IMG/VR virus record: IMGVR_UViG_3300050821_010655
Coordinates: 1 to 64,000 of that record
DNA from: a virus
DNA: 64,000 nucleotides
Strand: one strand, 5' to 3'
A model generated the notes under the pieces. That model did not search any database. It saw only the letters and a program-made list of their open reading frames with translations, and was not told the DNA's origin. Shown here in pieces: positions 44,369 to 54,611 of this stretch. Made by a program: the position numbers and the translations under genes. Numbering within the stretch: the first letter of the stretch is position 1; each line of letters opens with the position of its first letter.

Positions 44369-45118
44369 CTATCCAAATGGGCAACTTCCACTTCCCGAGA
44401 TTATATCACTAATCAAATACTGGCGAACGTAAGCCGTTGTAAAATCCACCCCAGTCAGAGTATCCACATAACCCACCGGAATATGATTCCCATCAATTGT
44501 CGGAAAGGCTGTCCAAGGGTTAGTTGATGTCCATGTAGTATTCCCTTCCCCATCGCTATAGGTTGAAACCGTAGGATCATTTCCATAACGAATAACCGCC
44601 GTGCCATCAGTCCTAATTTCAATCCAAAACCAGTAAGTCGCCATGCTGGCCGGAACTTGAATATCCGTAGCGTTAGGAGCAGCCACATTGTAGTTATTGC
44701 TCAGGGTTACACCCGATTTGCTGGTGACAAAAACCTCATCATGCGGAGTCTGAATCAAATCAGTTCCATCAGGCAACACCCCATTGGCGTTGGTCGTTAA
44801 AATTAATCCGCTGCGCACACGGAACGTCCTCCAGGCTTTTGAAACATCAGTCGCCGCTGTCCTGAAAAATATCGGCAACTGATAAATTTTAAAAGGGTGA
44901 TAGTTTGAAAGCGATTGATTAGGAATCGCCAGATGAGACATGCGCCGCTGTAACTGAGAAACCGAACTGGTCAGCCGCTCGCCCCGAATGCGGACCGCCT
45001 GATTTCGCTTCCAGGAATTAAGCAAACTACCCGGCTCCCGCATTGATTGCAGGCTCGAACTTTCGTAACTGTCCGGCAAATCAGAACGAGGAATTAAATT
45101 ATTAAAAGCCGGGTTCAC
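44369..45118 (-). CDS. putative tail protein
   Basis: Position; HPFKIY motif; coupled. Confidence 0.55.
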   Translation of the reverse strand: MNPAFNNLIPRSDLPDSYESSSLQSMREPGSLLNSWKRNQAVRIRGERLTSSVSQLQRRMSHLAIPNQSLSNYHPFKIYQLPIFFRTAATDVSKAWRTFRVRSGLILTTNANGVLPDGTDLIQTPHDEVFVTSKSGVTLSNNYNVAAPNATDIQVPASMATYWFWIEIRTDGTAVIRYGNDPTVSTYSDGEGNTTWTSTNPWTAFPTIDGNHIPVGYVDTLTGVDFTTAYVRQYLISDIISGSGSCPFG

Positions 45119-46143
45119 GAAACAACGCGATCTGGAGGTGGTGGATAAGGGCTGGGTTTATTTGTGTAAATATCCGCATCCCAATGCGCGTAAGGAGCGC
45201 CAATCCAGGTGCGGGTAATCCGAAACCAGGTTCTAGCGTACTCCACATTATCGCATTGCCTCAACCAGCTTATGAAGGTGAAATTCGTTCCATCTGAATA
45301 AAGCTGGGGATTCACCTTGGCGCAGTACTTAAAAATGTTATCGTTCGTATCTGCCGGGTCCAGCGGCCAGTTCGGATTCCAGAAATAAGCAGGCAGTCCT
45401 CCGTTTAAAATTGGATCTTCGATATAACCCCCAGGATTAATCGGCGGAGAATACCAATAATATTGGGACCAGGAGACTCTGAATCCGGGAAGATAAAAAG
45501 TATCCTCACCTACCCGACGCTTAAGCAGCAACTCATTGGCCGCAATTTGGGCAATCGCCCATGTCCACGTCACCCCCTGGGGTAACTTATTTGGGTTCCA
45601 TGAAGCTAAAGATGCAATAAGAACCAAAGCATCCTTCTGACCAAGAATCTGAGCAGAGTTGGCATTTCTATTTACCAAATCCCTGGCATCGGCAGGCAGA
45701 AAGGCATAGCGAGGATGTTTCTCCAAAGCCGGGTTTAACTCAATAACTTCAAGACGAAATTCATCCGGCGGATTATCAAAAGACACCCCCTCGGCCACCA
45801 CAACCAGTTCAGCCATATTCCCGGTCATGCGGCGAAGCGTGGTAGTCTGAATCTTGGATATATTGCCAAATGAATCCTGCAATAATACCCCACGCCCAAG
45901 GCCAGCCAGATAGATCGAGGCGGTTAAAAAATCCATCCTGAACCGATGCCGAATAGTAGCCTGCTCGCCCCGCTCAATTTCCGGCGAATCCGGCGCTTCC
46001 TCAATCACTACGCCGGGAATGGCAGTTCCCGATTGCTGAATAATCAAAGCCTTTGAACTGGTGGGACTCCCCGGCCTTCCACTCAACCCATCAGCCCAAT
46101 CCAAACCATTGGGAACTAGATTGCTCTGGAGGATAGTTGGCAT
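45115..46143 (-). CDS. putative tail (hub/distal) protein
   Basis: Position after TMP; LEKHPRY and terminal WD.DIY motifs. Confidence 0.55.
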   Translation of the reverse strand: MPTILQSNLVPNGLDWADGLSGRPGSPTSSKALIIQQSGTAIPGVVIEEAPDSPEIERGEQATIRHRFRMDFLTASIYLAGLGRGVLLQDSFGNISKIQTTTLRRMTGNMAELVVVAEGVSFDNPPDEFRLEVIELNPALEKHPRYAFLPADARDLVNRNANSAQILGQKDALVLIASLASWNPNKLPQGVTWTWAIAQIAANELLLKRRVGEDTFYLPGFRVSWSQYYWYSPPINPGGYIEDPILNGGLPAYFWNPNWPLDPADTNDNIFKYCAKVNPQLYSDGTNFTFISWLRQCDNVEYARTWFRITRTWIGAPYAHWDADIYTNKPSPYPPPPDRVVS

Positions 46144-46144
46144 T

Positions 46145-46978
46145 TTAAGTCACAGTCAGGGTTGCCGAGTTGCTGGTCGTGCTTTGATTATTTCCATCTG
46201 TGATTATTACTCGATACTGGTAGCCGTTCATGCTGGTCGCAGTCGTCCCAACGGTCAGTGTAGCGGTAGTCCAATTGGAATAGTTTGGAGTTCCAGCCGA
46301 TGTAATACTGACCCAAGTGTTTCCGCTATCAATCGAAACCTGCCATTGATAAGCCAAAACTGCCGTTCCAGAAGCTGTAACTGAAAACGTGGCGGCAGCG
46401 GGATGAACAACTGAAGTATTGGCTGGCTGAACTGAAATAGCAGGCACTACCGTCAAAGTCGCCCCCAAACTATTGACTGCCACCAAGGTTGTAACTTGAG
46501 TCGCTACGCATCGGTACTGATTGCTATGGAGCCCACTGACGCTGCTGATATTAAGCGTAGCAGTGGTAACTGTGGAATAAACCCCGGTATTAGTCAGGTT
46601 TCCCCAAGTGGCCCCCGCATTGGTGCTCAACTGCCATTGATAGGTCACTGAAAGTTCAGATAAAACCACCACCGTAAAGCTTGTTGATGCCCCGAAAGCA
46701 ACTGAGGAAGATAATGGATTGGTTGTAAAATACGGCGGATAAGCCAGAGTCGGTTCAAGTGTAATCAAAGCCGCCGCCAGGTCCGAAAGCAAAACTCCAG
46801 CCGCCGTAGTGCCTCGAATAATACGTATGCCCTGATTGGTCATTATGAAATTGCGCGGAAAACTGGGATTGGTGGCATCCAAAATTGTGATCTGCTGCCC
46901 AGGCTGGTTCCAAGTGGTGGTGGACTGCCCCGGCGTCGCACCAATTCCAAAAGTTTGTAAAATCTTGTTATTCGCCAT
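46145..46978 (-). CDS. virion protein with two Ig-like (I-set) domains
   Basis: Two P....V..G/P.A.F.V...YQWQ.S...G.TW...TATL...QYR repeats. Confidence 0.8.
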   Translation of the reverse strand: MANNKILQTFGIGATPGQSTTTWNQPGQQITILDATNPSFPRNFIMTNQGIRIIRGTTAAGVLLSDLAAALITLEPTLAYPPYFTTNPLSSSVAFGASTSFTVVVLSELSVTYQWQLSTNAGATWGNLTNTGVYSTVTTATLNISSVSGLHSNQYRCVATQVTTLVAVNSLGATLTVVPAISVQPANTSVVHPAAATFSVTASGTAVLAYQWQVSIDSGNTWVSITSAGTPNYSNWTTATLTVGTTATSMNGYQYRVIITDGNNQSTTSNSATLTVT

Positions 46979-46981
46979 AAG

Positions 46982-48403
46982 CTAAGGAAGATTCGGCAGC
47001 GCAAATCCACCCATCACTGGAAGTCCAAATTTATCTGTGCTGGATGCGTTATTTTTCCCACTCATAATATCTGCCATCTTCTTGGTGTTTTCCGCCGTTT
47101 GTCGGGCATAATCCTTCCCACTAACACCACCATAAATAATAAGTCCCATACGCTCCCATGCAGACTCAGGGCGACCACCCGTCATGCCTCCTACTTGACG
47201 TGAAAACTTGTCTCCATTGGTTCCAACTCTGGGAAGAACCCGTGCCGAAAACTCTTTTGCCAAGGCAAGAAACTGCCCCAGTGGTCCCCCAAGTATGCCA
47301 AGCAACTGCGGAAACTTATTAAGCACCTCGGCGATCATATTCATCAAATGGAGAAACCCCACCGCAGTCATTTCCATTACATCAATAGCCCCTGAAAATA
47401 TCGCCGTGAGTTGCTCCCAAAAAGTCTGCCATTCTTGAGTAATTTGCTTCCCGATAAACGACGTTCGGAACAAATCCCCCGCCACTGCCGCCGATTGACG
47501 GGCAGTATCCGCCGTCATATTCCACGCCGCCGCAATCTCCTTGGAAAGGTTTAATAGCCCCTGCAACTCCTCCCTGCCCATAATCCCTGCCCCCGCCCCT
47601 AAAAGTGCGCCCTGCATGGCTTGGGGCGTCATTTTGACCCCCCTGGAGAACTGACCTTGAGCCAAAAGCCGCTGGGCGGCATCGGCGGGCAGTCCGACCA
47701 TTTGAAACGTCTTTTCTATCTGGGAAAGGCGTGCCGGGGTGGTGCCCACCATGGCGGCGTGCAGGTACAACTCCGATCCGCGCTTGACCGCCTGCGTGAA
47801 CTCCTCGGTCAGCACCCGTGCCGCTGTCTTGAGGGCTTGGATAAAAATGTACCATTCTCCAAACCCCGCCATGCCGCCTGCGCCAAAAATCCCGCTAACG
47901 ATACCACCACCTTTATTGCCACCTCCACCTCTCGCCATGCCAGGAAATCCGCCAAACGCCTGATTTAACATTCGCGCCCCAATCCACGGGCTAAATAGCG
48001 CGGCAATCCCACCCATGCCCGCTGTTTTCCAATCGGCAAAGGGTTGCTTGGCTCCCATAGGGAGGTTCCACTGCATGCCTGAGAAGGCGCTGACAAGGTT
48101 CTTGCGATATTCTTTAAGGGCGGGGTTTAACTCCGACATGGATTGGCGCATCTGCCGCTGAGCCGCGCCAAATTTGCTGGCAAACTTTTCGATTGGAAAT
48201 TCCTGACCCCCAAAAGAGGCAAAGGGGATTCCGCCCGCTCCCTTAACACCCATCGCTGCCGCTAGTTCAGGATTTCGAGCAAGGGTCGATTTTGAAAAAC
48301 TCGCCCCAAAAGAACCACCCAGTTTCTTTATCGCCGCATCCAACTCACCGACCTTCGCTTTGGCTTGGTCAGTATCGGCTTCAATTCGTATTTTGGCGCT
48401 CAT
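46982..48403 (-). CDS. tape measure protein (short, 473 aa)
   Basis: Follows the G/GT chaperone pair; A/G-rich helical; ends ARQTAENTKKM; ATGA-coupled start 48403. Confidence 0.75.
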   Translation of the reverse strand: MSAKIRIEADTDQAKAKVGELDAAIKKLGGSFGASFSKSTLARNPELAAAMGVKGAGGIPFASFGGQEFPIEKFASKFGAAQRQMRQSMSELNPALKEYRKNLVSAFSGMQWNLPMGAKQPFADWKTAGMGGIAALFSPWIGARMLNQAFGGFPGMARGGGGNKGGGIVSGIFGAGGMAGFGEWYIFIQALKTAARVLTEEFTQAVKRGSELYLHAAMVGTTPARLSQIEKTFQMVGLPADAAQRLLAQGQFSRGVKMTPQAMQGALLGAGAGIMGREELQGLLNLSKEIAAAWNMTADTARQSAAVAGDLFRTSFIGKQITQEWQTFWEQLTAIFSGAIDVMEMTAVGFLHLMNMIAEVLNKFPQLLGILGGPLGQFLALAKEFSARVLPRVGTNGDKFSRQVGGMTGGRPESAWERMGLIIYGGVSGKDYARQTAENTKKMADIMSGKNNASSTDKFGLPVMGGFALPNLP

Positions 48404-49160
48404 CGAACCTGCTTCATGTATTTCTCGACCTCTTGTGCGATGTATGCAGGACTCGCCCGCTGCATGCCCGCAAACTGCAGCCAACCATCACTCTCCATCG
48501 AGGCCGCGTGGTAGGCCATGCCGCGCATGATCGGCAACTCGTAGAGCACGAAACTTTCAGTGAATGACGGATACCAGTGCATGAGGCGGCTCACGTAGTC
48601 GAGCCACCAGCCAAGACCGTCGCCGGGGCTGGTCCGGCGTCTGAAAAACCCGGCTTACCTTCACCGTTCCTTTCTTCTTCCTCTTGTGGGGCGTACTTCA
48701 CCATGGTCGCCATAAAGCCTTGGACCTGCACGAAGCAGGCCGAACTAAGTTGGGCGATTTCCATGGGGTTCATTTCCATTCCAAACTCCTCGTCGGCGGC
48801 GTCCCGCAGTTTGTTCACCCCCTGATCGAACACTTTCTTCACCTCGCGGCAGGGACGAGTGAGAATGTAGATGAGTTGCCACAACTCCTGATCCTTGGGT
48901 TCCACAATCTCAGGTTTCTCGCTATTCTGCATGAACTCCAACATCTGCCGGTAAACCGGGGAGTTAATGAGTTTTAGAATCGCCCAGTCGTACGCCACCA
49001 GAGGGCGAACCTGATACTTCCCGACCGTGATATTTTCAGGTCCAAAGGCTTGAGCCAGTGGACCAGGCAGGGGATCAGCGCTGGCTCGCTTGCCCGCTTC
49101 GCTCTTGAGGACTAAATCTTTGGCTGCGGCTTCAAGGGTCGCCTGATTGATATTTTCCAT
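48400..49160 (-). CDS. tail assembly chaperone G (48591-49160) and GT via -1 frameshift
   Basis: In-frame slippery G GGT TTT (48645-48651) followed by a CGCCGG/CCGGCG hairpin; the -1 frame is open into the 48400-48594 ORF. Confidence 0.85.
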
Positions 49161-49183
49161 GTGTGCTCTCTTCTGTCATCTGA

Positions 49184-49597
49184 CTATGCTTCCGTAGGCG
49201 GCGATCCGGCCCCTTCAACACCCGTGAGGAATTCAGCCACAATCACTCTCTGACCGGCTTCTTTTCGGGCGGCGTTGTAGGAGTTTTCAATCACCGTAAA
49301 ATTCAATGATCCACTCCCTCCGCCAAGAGGATCAAACAAAGTGATAGTCTGGGCCGTCTTGGGAGGCGTCACTGTGCTATCATCAACCACCGTGATATTC
49401 ACCCGACGCCCCTGCCAGAGGATGATACGGGTCACTTTAATCCCGGTTCCGTTCTCCACATACAGAGTTTCGATTTCTTCTGCTGGGGTGCAACTGACGA
49501 CTATGTAGGAGGCGTGAACACCCCCAGTCCCCCAGCGAATAGTGGTGAGTGTACCTTGAATGAAGAACGATCCTGAAGTTGGAGGCGGCCAAGACAT
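49184..49597 (-). CDS. putative tail tube protein
   Basis: Beta-rich 137 aa immediately before the chaperone; no sheath gene present. Confidence 0.6.
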   Translation of the reverse strand: MSWPPPTSGSFFIQGTLTTIRWGTGGVHASYIVVSCTPAEEIETLYVENGTGIKVTRIILWQGRRVNITVVDDSTVTPPKTAQTITLFDPLGGGSGSLNFTVIENSYNAARKEAGQRVIVAEFLTGVEGAGSPPTEA

Positions 49598-49612
49598 TTG
49601 TTTATCTTTCTC

Positions 49613-49978
49613 TTAGAGTTCTACTGCAAGCACAAGAATCTGCGGTGTTGCCGCCACCGAAATCGCGTAAATCACTGTTTGCCTTGTTGGGATGATCGTA
49701 AACTCTCCAGGTTGCAGGGTGACGAAGGCGTTACCCGATGTGACAGGCGTTACAAGTCCAATCCGAACATTGTTCGTGGCGTCCAGATTCTTCACATACA
49801 GATACCCCATCGTCACAATCGATCCGATGGAGATTTGTGAGGTGGTAGTCGAGAGCGCCGTTGTATCCTCGATGGCGTTAGTGCCCGCTTGAACCGCCGA
49901 GGCGCTTCCATTTCCGCTCAGGGAAATCCCGGTCCCGCTAAGGTTCAACCCCGCCGAAAAACTGATTGAATTTGCCAT
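49613..49978 (-). CDS. small beta-rich structural protein
   Basis: YLYVKNLDATN.V.IG...LQPGEF motif. Confidence 0.55.
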   Translation of the reverse strand: MANSISFSAGLNLSGTGISLSGNGSASAVQAGTNAIEDTTALSTTTSQISIGSIVTMGYLYVKNLDATNNVRIGLVTPVTSGNAFVTLQPGEFTIIPTRQTVIYAISVAATPQILVLAVEL

Positions 49979-49981
49979 AGG

Positions 49982-50248
49982 TTAAGTTCCGGTTGCGACT
50001 ACCACCGCTGGCGCTTCTGGGGTAGCGGGAGGTGTTGGGGAAGGTGCCGCTTTTTGGGTCTTGTAATTACCCATCAGGTTGCGCTGGTTCTCGACCATCT
50101 GTAACCACATGTCCCAGTCGGCGGCTCCAAAGTTGTCGCGCTCGAATCGCGCTACCGCCTTGGCCATGCGATCCTTGCCGTTGGTCACGTCAACTGTTTC
50201 GTACGCGAAATCCAATGCACTTTTGTAAACATCTAATCGTGTTGCCAT
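49982..50248 (-). CDS. hypothetical protein
   Basis: Operon position. Confidence 0.5.
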   Translation of the reverse strand: MATRLDVYKSALDFAYETVDVTNGKDRMAKAVARFERDNFGAADWDMWLQMVENQRNLMGNYKTQKAAPSPTPPATPEAPAVVVATGT

Positions 50249-50260
50249 ATTTTTATTCGA

Positions 50261-50767
50261 TTAAGAAGATGCAGGAGGTGAAGGATTATCGGGCGTCACC
50301 GAGAGTCCCGGCAGGTCAGTCGCGCAGCTAAACTCAATCATGTAGGCGTCAATAATCTGGTCACCTAGTTGGACCGTCCGCACGCCCTTGTAGTCCACCG
50401 GCAACTCCTCAGAGATTCCAATTATCGCTCGAATAATTTCACGAGCCTCTTCAACCAAATCAAACAGGGGACGAGCAGTCCCACGCTGGTCGGTCAGGCT
50501 GTCTCCTCTATCCGGGTTAAACCCCCGCCCGCGAGTCATCATCACGCTAAACTGGCGGTCCACTCGATGCAGAGACGCCGCCAGGGAAAAATCACCACGA
50601 ATATCTTCGCCCATGTAGCAAATAATCACCCTAGGAGAGTCAGGCTTGGCCCACGCAATCTCCCAAAGGTGAACCATATCCGACGCCACAAACGCTTTGC
50701 CGCCGTTCTGGTTGGCCCAAGGGTCTAATGTGTCTCTCAAGGCGCTCATCTGTTCAGCAATCGTCAT
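50261..50767 (-). CDS. putative tail terminator / head-tail protein
   Basis: Position after the G-like gene; size and alpha/beta pattern. Confidence 0.55.
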   Translation of the reverse strand: MTIAEQMSALRDTLDPWANQNGGKAFVASDMVHLWEIAWAKPDSPRVIICYMGEDIRGDFSLAASLHRVDRQFSVMMTRGRGFNPDRGDSLTDQRGTARPLFDLVEEAREIIRAIIGISEELPVDYKGVRTVQLGDQIIDAYMIEFSCATDLPGLSVTPDNPSPPASS

Positions 50768-51255
50768 GCGCCCATTCCAATTCTCTGAACCTCACGTACC
50801 GCCACCCTGCCCAACTCACGCTCGGAATAAGGTGTCAGACGATAGCTTGTGCCGGTTCCAACAATCGGGAAATAAGGACGAGCGGGGAGCCTTGCCGCTG
50901 CCCGGCCAAACTGCTGCGCGGCGGCGTAGACTTTATCGGACCCCACCTCCACATACTCCGAACTGTTGGAGTTGATATAAATCTCCTGCATCAGCCGTCC
51001 GGTACGAATCAGCGTGGCGGGTCCGCCTTTGCGCTTGCCCCACTTTGGATAGTTGCGGGCGTAAGGTGCCCACGGGGTTGGGCGATCAATGCCAGCCATA
51101 CCAAAGTTCTGGCGGGTGATTTCACGAAACCTCAACCCCATCGCCTGCAACATACGGCGCTTGCCAAAACCCGTCAGGCGGCGGTGAAGTAAACGAAAAC
51201 CAGCACCCTGGCCATCCTCGGTGATTCTGACCGTCAATTTGATGGGGGCGAACAT
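50764..51255 (-). CDS. virion morphogenesis protein (Mu G / P2 S family)
   Basis: W.P, LIRTGRL, VGSD.VYAAAQQFG, LPARPYF. Confidence 0.85.
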   Translation of the reverse strand: MFAPIKLTVRITEDGQGAGFRLLHRRLTGFGKRRMLQAMGLRFREITRQNFGMAGIDRPTPWAPYARNYPKWGKRKGGPATLIRTGRLMQEIYINSNSSEYVEVGSDKVYAAAQQFGRAAARLPARPYFPIVGTGTSYRLTPYSERELGRVAVREVQRIGMGA

Positions 51256-51672
51256 TTACAAAGTCGTCATGTTAACCGTCAGCGGCGTGCTGACCACCGC
51301 GCCCTGCGGGTAATCACGGGGATAGTTCAGGTCAAACTCAAGATCGCCGTGCCCAATGGCTTTCAGGCGCTCGCGCATCATGTCAGCTTGAGGCTTAAAA
51401 GGATTTTTTTCATCCGGGGTAAGCCTGCGTTGATACATTGACTCACAGACAAAAACGGCACAGGCCGCTCTTAAGAGCGGCGGGGTCGGAATTACCGGCA
51501 CATCAATAATGTTGGCAATGCTGCCGTCAATCAATGCACTGTGAAGGGAAATCAGATTGTTAAGGACCGTCAGACCGTTGGTAAGATTTGCCGCCCCGGT
51601 GTCGTCCAGCATGGCCGCCACGTCATTGATATTGATCAATGCAGAAACATCATCTTGATTGCAGTAAGGCAT
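51256..51672 (-). CDS. Mu gp36-like head-tail adaptor
   Basis: MPYC...D, S..IDG.I, P...PPLL, L.AI..G. Confidence 0.75.
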   Translation of the reverse strand: MPYCNQDDVSALININDVAAMLDDTGAANLTNGLTVLNNLISLHSALIDGSIANIIDVPVIPTPPLLRAACAVFVCESMYQRRLTPDEKNPFKPQADMMRERLKAIGHGDLEFDLNYPRDYPQGAVVSTPLTVNMTTL

Positions 51673-51674
51673 GG

Positions 51675-52493
51675 TTATTCCTTCACAACCGTATCAGACC
51701 TGCCTGCCGCACTAAAAACACGATGACCAAAGATTTGTTTCTCCTGATAAGAGAGTGGGTAAAGGCAGTTGCCTGAGTGGCGCAGGGTAATTCCACGGTC
51801 CACCCAAATCTTGTAACCCAAATCGGTGGCCCGCTGGCACCAATACCAGTCCTCACTTAGCCAACGCTTCTTGCCCGTCGGGTATTTATAAACCCCCATC
51901 TGCCAGAAGTCGTATTCAGTAATCTCAGGCGCGTGGTCAAGACTGTATCCAATCTCATCTCCATAGACATCAATCATGCGTTCAAACACCTCGCGAGCGA
52001 TACGCAGAAAACCCGTTCCGGCGTACTTGACTTGATACAACCCATTGTCCTGCATAATGGGGTTTTCACAGGCGTTGATAACCGGCTGGGGTTCGCCTTC
52101 CTGCTTCTTGTAATACAAGCCTGCCACAATCGGCTCATCGTACGACATGATACGCTGCACCTGTTGGGCGCTGAATACCAAATCGCTGTCGATCATGAGC
52201 AGGTGGGTGCAATCGCTTTCCAGAAACTTTCGGGTAAGACTATTCCTAGCCCTGCCCACTGCGCTGTCGCCTATGTGGGGCTTTAGTTCTCCATAAAGCC
52301 CAAGCATCTGCATGTCTTGGGGGAGACGCATTAAAGACAACATGAAATTTGGATCTACCCAAAACATGATCGGAATCCCGATATACACCTTGCGTCCCGG
52401 CAGGCAGCTTCTCGGTAAATCCAGATTAATATCTTCAGTCTGTGTGCTCATTTTACTGAAAAAGGCGATCCCCGGCTTTCCAAGGACCGCCAT
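51675..52493 (-). CDS. GT-A fold glycosyltransferase inside the head module
   Basis: RARN, THLLMIDSD, GTGFLRI.REVFE, SEDW..C, IWVD....H. Confidence 0.85.
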   Translation of the reverse strand: MAVLGKPGIAFFSKMSTQTEDINLDLPRSCLPGRKVYIGIPIMFWVDPNFMLSLMRLPQDMQMLGLYGELKPHIGDSAVGRARNSLTRKFLESDCTHLLMIDSDLVFSAQQVQRIMSYDEPIVAGLYYKKQEGEPQPVINACENPIMQDNGLYQVKYAGTGFLRIAREVFERMIDVYGDEIGYSLDHAPEITEYDFWQMGVYKYPTGKKRWLSEDWYWCQRATDLGYKIWVDRGITLRHSGNCLYPLSYQEKQIFGHRVFSAAGRSDTVVKE

Positions 52494-52528
52494 AGAATCC
52501 TGTCCGGTTTAACTATTCTGACTGGCGG

Positions 52529-52963
52529 TTAGAACTGTAATTGGCAGGTCAAAACAACACCCGCCGCCGGATTGCCATTGGCCTCACCCGTGGCCTTGGC
52601 ACGAATATACCGCCGCACGGTCGGAGGCAGCATGACCTGAACACTCTGAGCCGCCCAACCCGCGCCATTGTTGTCCGTCACCTGAAGCAACGGACTGGCA
52701 AAGATCGGGATGATGGCAAACGTCACGTTGTTGGCCGAGTCCTCCAGCGTGACGTTAATGTTCTTGTTGTTCGTGCTGGTTGCCGCCGCCGCCATGAGCA
52801 CCTGGCACAGCACATACTCCGTGGTGGGGTAGGGCTTGGCCTGTATCATGTCCAGCGCATTGGTATTGGTATTGGCCGCACCGGCGGGAAGGTTGGCAGT
52901 ACCAACGTAATTGATGTCGATGATCGCCCGAGTGTTGACCGGGGCATTGTTTGCAAGAGCCAT
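52529..52963 (-). CDS. putative capsid decoration/cement protein
   Basis: Directly after the capsid gene; LEDSANN.TF and RRYIR motifs. Confidence 0.6.
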   Translation of the reverse strand: MALANNAPVNTRAIIDINYVGTANLPAGAANTNTNALDMIQAKPYPTTEYVLCQVLMAAAATSTNNKNINVTLEDSANNVTFAIIPIFASPLLQVTDNNGAGWAAQSVQVMLPPTVRRYIRAKATGEANGNPAAGVVLTCQLQF

Positions 52964-53012
52964 AAGTTTGTTCTTTCTTTACTTAGTTACTTACCTGTTA
53001 TAGATTTGAAAT

Positions 53013-53705
53013 ATGAACAAATCCGAATTGACTCAGTGGGGACTGAACCCCAATTTCATCACTCCAGAATTTCTTCACTCGATTGATTGCACTCCGACAC
53101 TGCCGGAACGATTCGTCAAACAGGTAACTAAGTCTGACGGATGCTGGCTGTGGCCATGGGGGGTTCCCTATGCGACCCTCAGTAGAGGCAAGGCGGGCGC
53201 TGGGATTATTGGCGCTCACGTCGTAAGTTTCATTCTTCACTTTGGACCCCTTAAACCAGGAAACCGAGTCTGTCACACATGCGACACACCTAGATGCGTT
53301 CGACCAGATCACTTGTTTCAGGGAACTCAAACAGACAACATGCAGGATGCCTCTAAAAAAGGCAGAGCAAAAAACCAGAAGTTTGAAGGTCAAAGACGTG
53401 GAGATAACTGTCCTGCCAGAGTCCTTTGCGGAGAACAAGTTTTGAAAATACTTGAACTCCGAAAATCTGGCAGAACGCAACAATCCATTGCAGATGAGTT
53501 TGGTGTTACCCAAAGCTGCATCATGCTTATCTTGACTGGAAGAAGTTGGTCGCATTTGACTGGAATTAAACTTAATCCAAACCCAAAACCACGACTCAAT
53601 TTGACTCAGTATTTACAATGGAGTCGCTCACTACCAGAGGGTAGCCCTCCAGCAAGTTGGCGGGTGGTGCCCAGCCGGGACGGCCCGTGCTGTCGCCGGG
53701 AATGA
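53013..53705 (+). CDS. HNH homing endonuclease with C-terminal HTH, antisense; 3' end overlaps the capsid gene
   Basis: CWLW, VCHTCDTPRCVRPDHL..GT..DN..D, QQSIADEFGV. Confidence 0.9.
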   Translation: MNKSELTQWGLNPNFITPEFLHSIDCTPTLPERFVKQVTKSDGCWLWPWGVPYATLSRGKAGAGIIGAHVVSFILHFGPLKPGNRVCHTCDTPRCVRPDHLFQGTQTDNMQDASKKGRAKNQKFEGQRRGDNCPARVLCGEQVLKILELRKSGRTQQSIADEFGVTQSCIMLILTGRSWSHLTGIKLNPNPKPRLNLTQYLQWSRSLPEGSPPASWRVVPSRDGPCCRRE

Positions 53706-54576
53706 ACATCGCGCCGGTCGATGGATTGAAGGCCGAACGCGATTGCTGGAGCAAGAAGTAGCTCGTGCGATTCACAAACCACACCAAGCCTTGGCGGCGA
53801 ACCAGCGGAATGTTGCTGACCAAGAGCGCCGCCGACGAGTCAGTCAACGCCTGATCATACACGTTGGTAGTTTGGTGAGTCGTGATACCCGTCACCGCCC
53901 AGGTTGCGCCGCCACCCGCCGTCGAATTGGCGCTAATCACGTTGAACCCAACCCAACAGGACAGATTGGACACCCAGGCAAAGATTGTGCCGGTGGCTCC
54001 GATAGCCGGAGCGGTAATCTGCTGGCGAATTGGAGGAGGCAAAGCGACTTCGCCGTTCTCGCCCACATCGAAGTGACAACCCCAGGGGCCGTTGAGCCAC
54101 AGGAGATAGGCGCTCGTGCTGTTGGTCGTGCCACCCACGCCGACCGAGCCGGCGGATTGAGCACGAACCCCGGCAAACCCATTGGCGTCGTTGGATGTGC
54201 CATAGAAAGTTTGTGCGCCCAAGGTGATAAGGGCCGCTTGAAGAGCACCTTGCGCTTCATGCGTCCACGCATCGCCAGTGCTCTTGTCGTCGGCCTTCAA
54301 AATGGCCTCATCGACATTGATCGGCACGTCGATAAAGAACATCTGTTTAACCTCCTTTTTGTAGCTGGACTTGATGGGGGTCGCGCCGTTGTTAACCTGC
54401 CGGAAGGCGGCGGTGCCAAGAGCGGTTCGCCGAACGATTTCATACCAGGTGCCGGGTCGCTTAACCACCGGAATGCGGCTGAACTCTGGAGCATAAGTGG
54501 TGACATCTTCCACCAAACCAGTGAGAATATCATCCCGCTGGAGAGCCAGAAGATCGAACAAGGTTAACATTGCCAT
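53596..54576 (-). CDS. major capsid protein (HK97-type)
   Basis: Follows the protease/scaffold; FRQVN.G, VD, FYG...GF.G, G.P...SDSI.NTE. Confidence 0.8.
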   Translation of the reverse strand: MAMLTLFDLLALQRDDILTGLVEDVTTYAPEFSRIPVVKRPGTWYEIVRRTALGTAAFRQVNNGATPIKSSYKKEVKQMFFIDVPINVDEAILKADDKSTGDAWTHEAQGALQAALITLGAQTFYGTSNDANGFAGVRAQSAGSVGVGGTTNSTSAYLLWLNGPWGCHFDVGENGEVALPPPIRQQITAPAIGATGTIFAWVSNLSCWVGFNVISANSTAGGGATWAVTGITTHQTTNVYDQALTDSSAALLVSNIPLVRRQGLVWFVNRTSYFLLQQSRSAFNPSTGAMFIPGDSTGRPGWAPPANLLEGYPLVVSDSIVNTESN

Positions 54577-54611
54577 ATTAAAAATCCTTTAGAGGTTTTT
54601 CGTTGTTGGGG

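Noticed and set aside
53028-53610. TTGACTCAGT direct repeat as a target-site duplication of the HNH
   Set aside because: Only 10 bp, and one copy lies inside the HNH coding start; may be chance.
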